DNA of 19,327 nt from Candidatus Iainarchaeum sp. (lineage in GTDB: Archaea > Iainarchaeota > Iainarchaeia > Iainarchaeales > 0-14-0-20-34-12). The position numbers and the translations under genes were made by a program. The notes under the pieces were generated by a model. That model ran no database searches. It saw only the letters and a list, made by a program, of their open reading frames with translations, and was not told the DNA's origin. This document shows positions 5,974-12,622 of the stretch, one piece after another (the first letter of the stretch is position 1; every line of letters starts with the position of its first letter). The stretch spans positions 1 through 19,327 of the forward strand of contig JAUSKK010000019.1 of the NCBI GenBank assembly GCA_030649345.1, in the 5' to 3' direction.

Positions 5974-7335
5974 ATGCAAGAAGATGATTTACTGATTCAG
6001 TCCATTAAAAAACTGCGTTCTTTGAATGTTTCTGACCAAGAAATTTTGTTAAACTTAAAAGAATTGGGCGTAGACGAACCTAAAGCTAGAACCTTGTTAG
6101 CGCAAAGCAAACAAACACAAAACGAATTATTAAAAGAAACTGCAAATTTATCGGAAACTGAATCCGAAGAAAATGTTTTATTGGATGAAGTCATGGAAGA
6201 CAAAACACAAGTACAATCAATTAAGCCAATTCCGGAAGCTACTCAAATTTCTAAATTATGGGAAAAAGGAATTCTGGTAACCATTACTCAAAACTTGGAG
6301 GAAATGCAGCGCTTAAAAAAAGACATTGGGTTAGTTGTCGATTCTAAAGTAAAAGAAAGCATGGAAAAAGAAAGGAAAAAAATGCAAACCTTGCTGGACT
6401 CACAGCGTATTTTGTTAGGCGAAAAAGTGAATGTAGAATTGCAAGGAAAAGAAAAAGAAATTACGGAAATCATTAATTCCAAAATACAAGAATTAACCGA
6501 ATTGGCTAAAGAAATTCAGGCCAATTTGCAGGACATTGAGCGTTTAAAAATAGGCCAACAGCAAGTCTTGAAAGAATTTGAAGTCAAAAAACAAGAACTC
6601 ATTCAAACCAAAAACAAAATGGTTATTGAAATGAATTCTGAATTAATTAAAGAAAAAAGTTCAGCCGAAGAAATATTAAACCAGTTAAAAGAAAAACTGG
6701 GAGAAATAGATAATCGTGTGGATAAATCATTGGAATTAGAATCTAAGATTGTCGAAGGATTGGTAGCCGATGCAGAAGACCAGATTACGCAATTAAAAGA
6801 TGAAAAGAAAAGCGAACTCAGTGCAGACATTGAAGCTGAGCTTGAAAAATTAGAAGTAATTCGAAAAAAAATTGATCCAGACAAATTACAGGAAAAAATA
6901 AAACAATTGGATTTATTCAAAAAACAAATCGAACAGGCATTTACAGGAAAAGAGCAGGAAATTGAATTATTCAAACAACAACTTCAAGTGAAATCTATGG
7001 AAGCAGCCAAAGAAGCTGCGCAGGAAAAAGTAAGCGAAAGTGCTGCAATCGTACGCAAAGAAATGGATGTAGAAGGCTTCAAAACGCAAATGAAAGGATT
7101 GGAAGAATTCAGAAAACAATTTGTAAACGCCTTGCAGGAAAATACAGATCAATTTAATGAAAAATTGACAATGTTTAATGAAAGCACAGTGCAAATGATG
7201 AAAGAGTATGATTCTAGAGTGAAAAAAATTGATTCCAAAATCGAAGAGCTTGACACTTTTGCCAAAAACTTTGCGCAAGAATTGGGATTAGTACTGGATG
7301 AATTAATCAAAAAAGAAAAAAACAAGAAAAAATAA
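5974..7335 (+). CDS. Long coiled-coil protein (Glu/Lys/Gln-rich) with a small N-terminal helical domain
   Basis: 453 aa. Residues ~90-450 are nearly continuous heptad-like E/K/Q/L sequence. The C-terminal third carries a recurring L-[DE]-x-F-[KRA]-[KQ]-[QN]-[IFL] motif (LDLFKKQI, IELFKQQL, LEEFRKQF, LDTFAKNF). The N-terminal LIQSIKKLRSLNVSDQEILLNLKELGVDEPKARTLL looks like a UBA/TS-N-type three-helix unit, which is tentative. Confidence 0.7.
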   Translation: MQEDDLLIQSIKKLRSLNVSDQEILLNLKELGVDEPKARTLLAQSKQTQNELLKETANLSETESEENVLLDEVMEDKTQVQSIKPIPEATQISKLWEKGILVTITQNLEEMQRLKKDIGLVVDSKVKESMEKERKKMQTLLDSQRILLGEKVNVELQGKEKEITEIINSKIQELTELAKEIQANLQDIERLKIGQQQVLKEFEVKKQELIQTKNKMVIEMNSELIKEKSSAEEILNQLKEKLGEIDNRVDKSLELESKIVEGLVADAEDQITQLKDEKKSELSADIEAELEKLEVIRKKIDPDKLQEKIKQLDLFKKQIEQAFTGKEQEIELFKQQLQVKSMEAAKEAAQEKVSESAAIVRKEMDVEGFKTQMKGLEEFRKQFVNALQENTDQFNEKLTMFNESTVQMMKEYDSRVKKIDSKIEELDTFAKNFAQELGLVLDELIKKEKNKKK

Positions 7336-7339
7336 TAGT

Positions 7340-7714
7340 TTACAAGCTTTTTAGTTTTACATATTTTTGATACGCTTGTTCTACATGTTCGTGTCTTACG
7401 TATTGTTTGTGGTTTCGAAAACCGCCGGCAAATGATTGGGGAACATGCATGAGTTCATGAATCAATACTTTGGTTTGAGCTGTTGCATCCAGTTTGTTAA
7501 ATTTTTCAGAGATTAATTCAATTACATAGCAGGGCTTCATATTCATGCCAATCTGCAAGGCTTTCGAAGTTCCATGAATGCGAGCATAAGCCCTAGCTTT
7601 TGAACCAAAACTAATAATGCACGAAATACGTGAATGATCAATGTAATCAAAGTTTAAAGTGCTGGCAATTTCATGCGCTTTGTTTGTCCATTCTGGAGAA
7701 AAAGAATACTTCAT
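7340..7714 (-). CDS. Predicted zinc metallopeptidase (HExxH; archaeal COG4900/SprT-like small peptidase)
   Basis: I prefer ATG 7714 (124 aa, MKYSFSPEW...) over the TTG at 7729. It has an HELMH motif followed by VPQSFAGGFRNH, and an upstream SFGSKARAYARIHG. This matches my memory of the small archaeal predicted-metallopeptidase family. Confidence 0.6.
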   Translation of the reverse strand: MKYSFSPEWTNKAHEIASTLNFDYIDHSRISCIISFGSKARAYARIHGTSKALQIGMNMKPCYVIELISEKFNKLDATAQTKVLIHELMHVPQSFAGGFRNHKQYVRHEHVEQAYQKYVKLKSL

Positions 7715-7767
7715 ACACAAACAAAACAACTAAAAGAATTAAAAAAGAAGTATTGTGAAAACAAAGT

Positions 7768-7965
7768 CAAGCCTATCGAGTGAAACGCAATTAAAATCGA
7801 AGATTTTAATGCGTGATTAAAACTTAGAGTTTTAATACGCCCAGCTTAGGCGCATTAAAACCAAGGGTTTTAATCGCGAAGATAGGCTAACACGCCAACC
7901 AGGTTATACTGCAAAATCGAAGATTTTGCATATACGCAAAATTACAATTTTGCGGTATGGTTGAA
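7768..7965. ncRNA. Candidate structured RNA / palindromic-unit cluster of unknown class (strand undetermined)
   Basis: There are two nested domains. AGCCTATC 7770-7777 pairs with GATAGGCT 7881-7888 and encloses hairpins 7786-7813, 7816-7836 and 7851-7878. CAACC 7896-7900 plus ATAC 7906-7909 pair with GTAT 7955-7958 plus GGTTG 7959-7963 and enclose hairpins 7910-7930 and 7935-7954. Arm differences between units are compensated. No Rfam family was identified by eye. Confidence 0.4.
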
Positions 7966-8610
7966 TTATTGGAAAACATTTTGCGGTTTGAACATTTTCT
8001 TTCTTCCTTGTTTTTTCCAGCCAGGCTTATGTGAACCTCTAGCTTTTTCTGCGCCTTTTCCTTTATTGCGCAAGCCTCGGGATTTTCTACCTGAACTGGT
8101 TAAGCCTCTCCAAACTCTTCCGCGATGATTTCCATTCAATAACCAGTTGACGTCTTTGTCAGATTGAACGGCTGGATTTAAAGAATCAATTAAAATGACT
8201 TCAAAATAATGCTTGGTTCCATCGTTTCCAACAGAATAACTGTTTAAGACTTCACAATTTGGAAACTTTCGTGCAGCTCTTTGTTCTGCAATGGATTGAA
8301 TGCTTAAGTTTCGGGTTAATTTATTAATTCCCATTCGCTTAGGTCTGCGGGCCATAGTTGGTCTTGTGTGCATTCCTGAACCTTTTCTGACTCGAACGCG
8401 GGCAACCACAAAACCTTGTTTGGCTTTATAACCTAAAGTTCGGGCTCTAGCTAAATTCGTAGGCCTTTGCACTCGAAGAACAGCATGTTTTTCTTTACGG
8501 TAAGTCTGCAATCTGTCAGCATTGATTTTTTTATAATTGAAATCTTTGTCTTTTTTACCCTTAAACTCATTTTGAAAGGTTTCTTGAATATACGTTAACG
8601 CATTGGTCAT
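7966..8610 (-). CDS. rpl15e: 50S ribosomal protein L15e
   Basis: I prefer ATG 8610 (214 aa, MTNALTYIQETFQ...) over GTG 8619, because L15e proteins begin with this Y-I-x-E/D-x-W/F-type segment. Diagnostic stretches: RPTNLARARTLGYKAKQGFVVARVRVRKG, RPKRMG, EVILID, NHRGRVWRGLTSSGRKSRGL. Confidence 0.92.
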   Translation of the reverse strand: MTNALTYIQETFQNEFKGKKDKDFNYKKINADRLQTYRKEKHAVLRVQRPTNLARARTLGYKAKQGFVVARVRVRKGSGMHTRPTMARRPKRMGINKLTRNLSIQSIAEQRAARKFPNCEVLNSYSVGNDGTKHYFEVILIDSLNPAVQSDKDVNWLLNGNHRGRVWRGLTSSGRKSRGLRNKGKGAEKARGSHKPGWKKQGRKKMFKPQNVFQ

Positions 8611-8729
8611 AAAAGTCACTTAAAAACAGTTATAGAATAAATAATCCGGATATTTTAAAAAGGAATACTTTAAAGGCAAATTAAACGAAAAAGGCTCTAT
8701 TTTTAAGAAATTCTGAGAAAATACACTAT

Positions 8730-9749
8730 ATGGGAAGCACTAGCACAGAATTAATTTTGACGTGTGGAGAAAAACGCACAGACATATTGAAAGAACAGGC
8801 AGTCCAATGCAGGCATTGCAGTCAACCAGCAAAAATTCATTTACCGTACACAAAATTAGATTTATGCGCTAATCACTTCACGCACTTGTTGGAAAAACGA
8901 GTGAAGTATACTGTTCGAAAATACAAACTTATTCAAGCCAAAGAAAAAATTGTAATCGGTGTCAGTGGAGGAAAAGACTCCATGACTACATTGCATATTT
9001 TGGGAAAATACTATTCTAAGAGCAATCCAATTGAAGCCTTAATGATTGACGAAGGAATTCATGGATACAGAGACAGTGCAGTCCAAGTTGGAATCAATAT
9101 GTGCAAACAATTGGATATTCCGTACAAGGTTGTACGTTATCAAGATGAATTTGATTTAAGTATGGACAAAATTGCGAACTTAATTGAAAAAAATCCAGAC
9201 TTAGGTACAACATGTAGTTTTTGCGGAGTCATGCGCAGACAATTGTTGAACAAATATTCCAGAGAAATGGGGGCAGACAAATTAGCTACAGGACACAATT
9301 TAGATGACGAAGTTCAAAGTGTGTTAATGAATATTACACAAAATAGCTATGATTCTTTTATTCGCACTGGAGCCACTACTGGAATTAAAAGTTTTCAAGG
9401 ATTTATCCCCAGAATTAAACCATTGTATGAAATTCCAGAAAAAGAAATTATTGCCTATACTGCGTTCAATAATATTGAGCATTATTCGCATGATTGTTGT
9501 CCGCATTCCTGGCAAGCCAAACGCAATGATTTTAGAAAAATTTTAAATGACTTGGAAACCAAATATCCTGGAACCAAATACGGAACATTAAATTTCTTTA
9601 ATGCAGTTAAAGACAAACTTCGCACAATAGAAGTAGACAAAATCAAAACACTCGATATGGAATACTGTAAAGAATGCGGAGAACCGAGTGCTAAAGCAAA
9701 ATGCAAAGCTTGTGAAAAGATAGAGATTTTAAAAAAACAACCTATCTAA
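8730..9749 (+). CDS. ttuA: TtuA/Ncs6(NcsA)-family tRNA 2-thiouridine synthetase (PP-loop ATPase with Fe-S and zinc-finger cysteines)
   Basis: 339 aa. It has an N-terminal CxxC...CxxH finger (CRHCSQP...CANH), the PP-loop SGGKDS, central CSFCGVMRR plus a later DCCPHS (cluster-ligand pattern of TtuA/Ncs6) and a C-terminal CKECG...CKAC finger. Whether the target is U54 or U34 cannot be told from sequence. Confidence 0.8.
   Translation: MGSTSTELILTCGEKRTDILKEQAVQCRHCSQPAKIHLPYTKLDLCANHFTHLLEKRVKYTVRKYKLIQAKEKIVIGVSGGKDSMTTLHILGKYYSKSNPIEALMIDEGIHGYRDSAVQVGINMCKQLDIPYKVVRYQDEFDLSMDKIANLIEKNPDLGTTCSFCGVMRRQLLNKYSREMGADKLATGHNLDDEVQSVLMNITQNSYDSFIRTGATTGIKSFQGFIPRIKPLYEIPEKEIIAYTAFNNIEHYSHDCCPHSWQAKRNDFRKILNDLETKYPGTKYGTLNFFNAVKDKLRTIEVDKIKTLDMEYCKECGEPSAKAKCKACEKIEILKKQPI
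9727..9734 (+). promoter_or_regulatory. Possible TATA element (TTTTAAAA) for tRNA-Val inside the 3' end of the ttuA-like CDS
   Basis: It lies 27-34 nt upstream of tRNA position 1 (9761). Only 11 nt separate the CDS stop from the tRNA, so any dedicated promoter must lie within the CDS. Confidence 0.25.
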
Positions 9750-9760
9750 GTAGTTTAATC

Positions 9761-9831
9761 AGGCCCGTGGTTTAATGGTAGAATGGCACACTTACACTGT
9801 GTTGAAAGGAGTTCGATTCTCCTCGGGCCTA
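9761..9831 (+). tRNA. tRNA-Val (anticodon UAC)
   Basis: Hand-folded cloverleaf: acceptor AGGCCCG/CGGGCCU (A1:U72); D-arm GUUU-AAUGGUA-GAAU; anticodon arm GCACA-CUUACAC-UGUGU; 4-nt variable loop; T-arm AGGAG-UUCGAUU-CUCCU; discriminator A. CCA is not encoded. Confidence 0.88.
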
Positions 9832-9837
9832 CTTTAA

Positions 9838-10398
9838 ATGAAAAATATGCTCGAAACAGATTTTGTTGAATTTTTTGACTTAAATAAACTAAAACAAATT
9901 CAAGCCTTTTTAGGGAACTCAAAAATAGTTGTTTTGAAAACCGTGAAAGTTAAAGAAGAAATCAAAGACTTAAAAGAACAATTTCCTAAACTTGAATTTG
10001 GAACCTGGATTAATTCAAAAAATGAGCGCATGATTCAATCTATGGGTTCTCAAACTAAATATTTAGTTGTGCCTGCAGAAACTTTACAAGATTACCAGTT
10101 TTCAGTTAACCACAAGCAAGTACAATTTATTGTGCCTAATTTAAAACGAAAACTAGAACTAGACCTCCAATTAGCTGGATTGTTAGGCAATGCCGAAAAG
10201 ATAATCTTAATTCCTTTTTCTGAATTTTTAACAGCCAAACCTTTTGAAAGAGCAAAAATGATTGAAAACTTTAAAAAATTATCTAAGATATGCAAAAAAG
10301 CAAAAATAGAAATGCATTGGATTAGTTTAGCTCAAAACGAATATGACTTAAGAAATATGAAAGACTTCAAAAACTTAGAAAGCTTAATTCAAAAATGA
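9838..10398 (+). CDS. rnp3: RNase P protein component 3 (Rpp30/Rnp3-like)
   Basis: 186 aa. The C-terminal two-thirds (YLVVPAETLQDYQFSVNHKQVQFIVPNL...ILIPFSEFLTAKPFERAKMIENFKKLSKICKKAKIEMHWISLAQNEYDLRNMKDF) aligns by eye with my recollection of Pyrococcus Rpp30 ([28 protein letters not shown]...[43 protein letters not shown]). It needs an HMM check. Confidence 0.6.
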   Translation: MKNMLETDFVEFFDLNKLKQIQAFLGNSKIVVLKTVKVKEEIKDLKEQFPKLEFGTWINSKNERMIQSMGSQTKYLVVPAETLQDYQFSVNHKQVQFIVPNLKRKLELDLQLAGLLGNAEKIILIPFSEFLTAKPFERAKMIENFKKLSKICKKAKIEMHWISLAQNEYDLRNMKDFKNLESLIQK

Positions 10399-10419
10399 AC
10401 AATCAATCAGTGAAAAAAT

Positions 10420-10977
10420 ATGAGTACACAAAAAAAATTACCTTCCCACAAACAATGCTTGAACTGGATTCAGGAGAAAAATCCAGCCAACATTGTACAG
10501 CATAGTTTGCAGGTCAACAAAGTTGCAATGTTTTTAGGAAAAAAATTACAAGAAAAAGGACAAAAAATTGATTTAGAGTTATTGGATCGAGCTAGTTTAC
10601 TGCATGACCTAGATAAATTTGAAACTCTGAAAACAGGCAACCATGGATTTACAGCAGGAAAATGGTTAAGAAAAAAAGGATTCAAACGAATAGCAGAAGT
10701 CATAGAACACCATTTAACCAACCGAATATTGGATTCAGATTTTAATGAATGGCCTTGGGAAGACAAGTTAGTCAATTATTCAGATCGAAGAATTGTACAT
10801 ACTAAAATTGCCAGCCTAAAAGAACGATTTGCTTACTTGATTCAAACATATGGAACTACACCAGAACGAAAAAATACTTTAAAAAAAGCAGGACAAAAAT
10901 TCTTGAAATTTGAAACACAATTAAAGAAAATACTTAAAAGTTCTTTAAGCTCTAACCAGCTCAAAAAACAGATTTAA
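10420..10977 (+). CDS. HD-domain metal-dependent phosphohydrolase
   Basis: 185 aa. H...HD signature: VQHSLQV (His), LLHDLDK (HD), IEHH further downstream. Substrate unknown. Confidence 0.75.
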   Translation: MSTQKKLPSHKQCLNWIQEKNPANIVQHSLQVNKVAMFLGKKLQEKGQKIDLELLDRASLLHDLDKFETLKTGNHGFTAGKWLRKKGFKRIAEVIEHHLTNRILDSDFNEWPWEDKLVNYSDRRIVHTKIASLKERFAYLIQTYGTTPERKNTLKKAGQKFLKFETQLKKILKSSLSSNQLKKQI

Positions 10978-11041
10978 TAATGAGTGATGTTCTGCATAAA
11001 GCATCCTAACGATATTTGCTAACTATCGACATCACTCATTA
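10978..11041. repeat. Perfect 13-bp inverted repeat (TAATGAGTGATGT / ACATCACTCATTA) enclosing a 38-nt spacer with inner stems
   Basis: The arms are at 10978-10990 and 11029-11041, starting at the base after the HD-gene stop codon. There is an inner 5-bp stem CGATA 11010-14 / TATCG 11024-28 and a mini-stem TGC-ATAAA-GCA. Confidence 0.7.
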
Positions 11042-11067
11042 AATAAACTACATATTCTAAATAAGTC

Positions 11068-11427
11068 ATGCTAAGAGAGGATAAATTTGCAATTCTAGCC
11101 ATAGCCGTAAGCTTGTTAGGCCTAATTTTATTGTTTTATTATACAGAAACCCAACAACCAATTTTAGTCAAAGTAAGTGAAATTACGGAAGAAAAAATAG
11201 GCTGGCAAATTGAAACCCAAGGCCGAGTCAAAAATCTATATTCTGGAAAAAACTTTCTTGCATTTGAATTAATAGATCAAAACAGTATTTCTGGAATTTT
11301 GTTCAATCCAAATACAATTCAAGCAGCTGTGCTTCAAGAAAATTTTAAAGTAAAAATTCAGGGAAAAATAGAAAAACGAAACAAACAACTCCAAATTCAA
11401 GTACAGGAAGTGAGTTCGTTTGACTGA
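11068..11427 (+). CDS. Membrane-anchored OB-fold protein (tRNA_anti-like OB domain after one N-terminal TM helix)
   Basis: 119 aa. TM helix FAILAIAVSLLGLILLFYY, then the OB pattern IETQGRVKNLYSGKNFLAFELIDQNSISGILFNP....FKVKIQGKIEKRNKQLQIQVQEV. Confidence 0.6.
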   Translation: MLREDKFAILAIAVSLLGLILLFYYTETQQPILVKVSEITEEKIGWQIETQGRVKNLYSGKNFLAFELIDQNSISGILFNPNTIQAAVLQENFKVKIQGKIEKRNKQLQIQVQEVSSFD

Positions 11428-12583
11428 ATTTGGTTTACTGCTTACTTTTGTTTTAGCCGGATGGATTCTTGGAACTTTTACTGGATTTATTCCAGGAATT
11501 CACGGAAATCTAATTGCTGGATTGCTGGTACTGTTTTTTAGTTCCAGCAACGAATATCTTGCCATGGCAATTATTTCAGCCAGCATTACCCATGTGTTTT
11601 CAGAATGGATTTCTGCACAATTGCTTCAATGGCCAACCGAAACAGGATACCTTTTTCAGGTATATTCAAATTCCAAAACATCTTTTCAAGAATTAATTCA
11701 CCAAGGATTTATTGCAGGATTGCTTGCGATCATTTTTGCGTTAGGGTTAAGTTCAATTCTTTTTTTCATTCAACCCATTCTTCAAACAATCACATTTCAT
11801 TTGCTTATTTTAGTATTGGGCTTGTTGATTGTCAGTGCAGGAACTTGGAAAAAAACAATTTACACAATTGCAATTATTGGATTGGCTGGAATTCTGGGAT
11901 TAATTGCATTAAATTCATTAACATTTCGCGATCCATTGCTTCCCTGCATTACTGGATTTTTTGGAATCAGCACTTTGCTGCAGGAATTGTTTTTAGAAAA
12001 AATGAAAACAAAAGAACTCACGTCAACTCAGTGGAGTTGGAAAAATAATGCAATCGGAACAGGAATTGGATTAAATATTGCATTAATTCCCAGCATAACC
12101 ATCGGAGAACAAACTTTAGCAGCACAAGAAATATTTGGAAAAAAGAAAGGATTGAATTGGCAGAATACAATTGCGTGCGCCAGTATAGCTTCTTTGGTTG
12201 CTTCTTTTATTTTAGCTGAAACCAATAATCTTGCACGAACTGGACAATCTGCATTAATGAAGGAAATGCTGTCTGGAAAAGAAAATTTAATTCTAATATT
12301 GGGAGTAATTCTTTTCACATTGGGATTATCTTATTTGAGTCATTCGTTTTTTGCAAAAAAAATTTCTGCAGGCATGCAAAACTTTCCAGTAAAACTATTT
12401 TCGGTAATTTCTTTAATTTTTTTAATTGCCATCAACTTTATTTTAGGCAGTTGGCTGGGATTATTTTTGTTAATTATTTCAACCAGTATTGGCTTGCTTC
12501 CTTTGTTAACTGGAACCCATCGAAGCAGCTGCATGAGTTTTTTATTAATTCCTACTTTGATTTTTTATTTTCCGTTCGGTTAA
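11420..12583 (+). CDS. Polytopic membrane protein, DUF112/TctA-like (archaeal COG1784-type)
   Basis: 387 aa with at least 9 hydrophobic helices. The N-terminal GTFTGFIPGIHGN resembles the DUF112 G-x-x-PG signature. The start is TTG at 11420, overlapping the upstream stop by 8 nt and preceded by GGAAGTGA 7 nt upstream. There is no in-frame ATG for about 46 codons. Confidence 0.6.
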   Translation: MTEFGLLLTFVLAGWILGTFTGFIPGIHGNLIAGLLVLFFSSSNEYLAMAIISASITHVFSEWISAQLLQWPTETGYLFQVYSNSKTSFQELIHQGFIAGLLAIIFALGLSSILFFIQPILQTITFHLLILVLGLLIVSAGTWKKTIYTIAIIGLAGILGLIALNSLTFRDPLLPCITGFFGISTLLQELFLEKMKTKELTSTQWSWKNNAIGTGIGLNIALIPSITIGEQTLAAQEIFGKKKGLNWQNTIACASIASLVASFILAETNNLARTGQSALMKEMLSGKENLILILGVILFTLGLSYLSHSFFAKKISAGMQNFPVKLFSVISLIFLIAINFILGSWLGLFLLIISTSIGLLPLLTGTHRSSCMSFLLIPTLIFYFPFG

Positions 12584-12622
12584 TAGATTTATTTAAATCC
12601 TGAACTCAAATAACATTACTGT

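Noticed and set aside
5544-7278. Minus-strand ORFs 5544-5855, 5660-5842, 5767-5979, 5997-6203, 6288-6482, 6603-6974 and 6967-7278
   Set aside because: They are antisense to the 5284 ORF and the long coiled-coil gene. A GAA/AAA-rich sense strand gives TTC/TTT-rich (Phe/Ser/Leu) antisense frames free of stops, a known artefact.
7786-7954. Possible CRISPR array, given five similar repeat-like units in an intergenic region
   Set aside because: The units are individually palindromic. They are not identical direct repeats, are irregularly spaced (centres about 26, 37, 57 and 23 nt apart) and lack unique spacers of constant length. No cas genes are in the window.
7761-7965. RNase P RNA or SRP (7S) RNA identity for the structured element
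   Set aside because: Only short resemblances are present (AAAGUC; GAGUGAAAC). I found no complementary P4 3' strand or ACAGAA-type CR-IV/V. There is no GGAA/AGCA helix-8 signature of SRP RNA. The ~195-nt length is shorter than typical archaeal RNase P or SRP RNAs. I left it as unknown class pending cmscan.
7715-8619. Non-ATG extensions in the ORF track: TTG 7729 (metallopeptidase), GTG 8619 (L15e), and similarly TTG 5110 for the 4712 ORF
   Set aside because: In each case an ATG a few codons downstream gives a family-typical or promoter-consistent N-terminus, and no SD supports the upstream alternative. The TTG starts at 1938 and 11420 were kept because strong SDs precede them.
8848-10775. 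ORFs 9324-9515 (-), 9349-9546 (+), 9482-9706 (-), 10092-10295 (-) and 10470-10775 (-)
   Set aside because: They are embedded in the ttuA-like, Rpp30-like and HD hydrolase genes. They are shadow ORFs with no independent support.
10978-11041. Intrinsic (hairpin plus U-tract) terminator for the HD hydrolase gene
   Set aside because: No T-run follows the hairpin on the + strand (AAATAAACTAC...), and archaeal termination relies on oligo-T rather than hairpins. I kept it as an unexplained inverted repeat.
11514-12534. ORFs 11514-11696 and 11605-12048 (+), and 12028-12318 and 12340-12534 (-)
   Set aside because: They are alternative-frame or antisense ORFs wholly inside the 387-aa membrane protein gene, whose own frame gives coherent TM helices across the full length.
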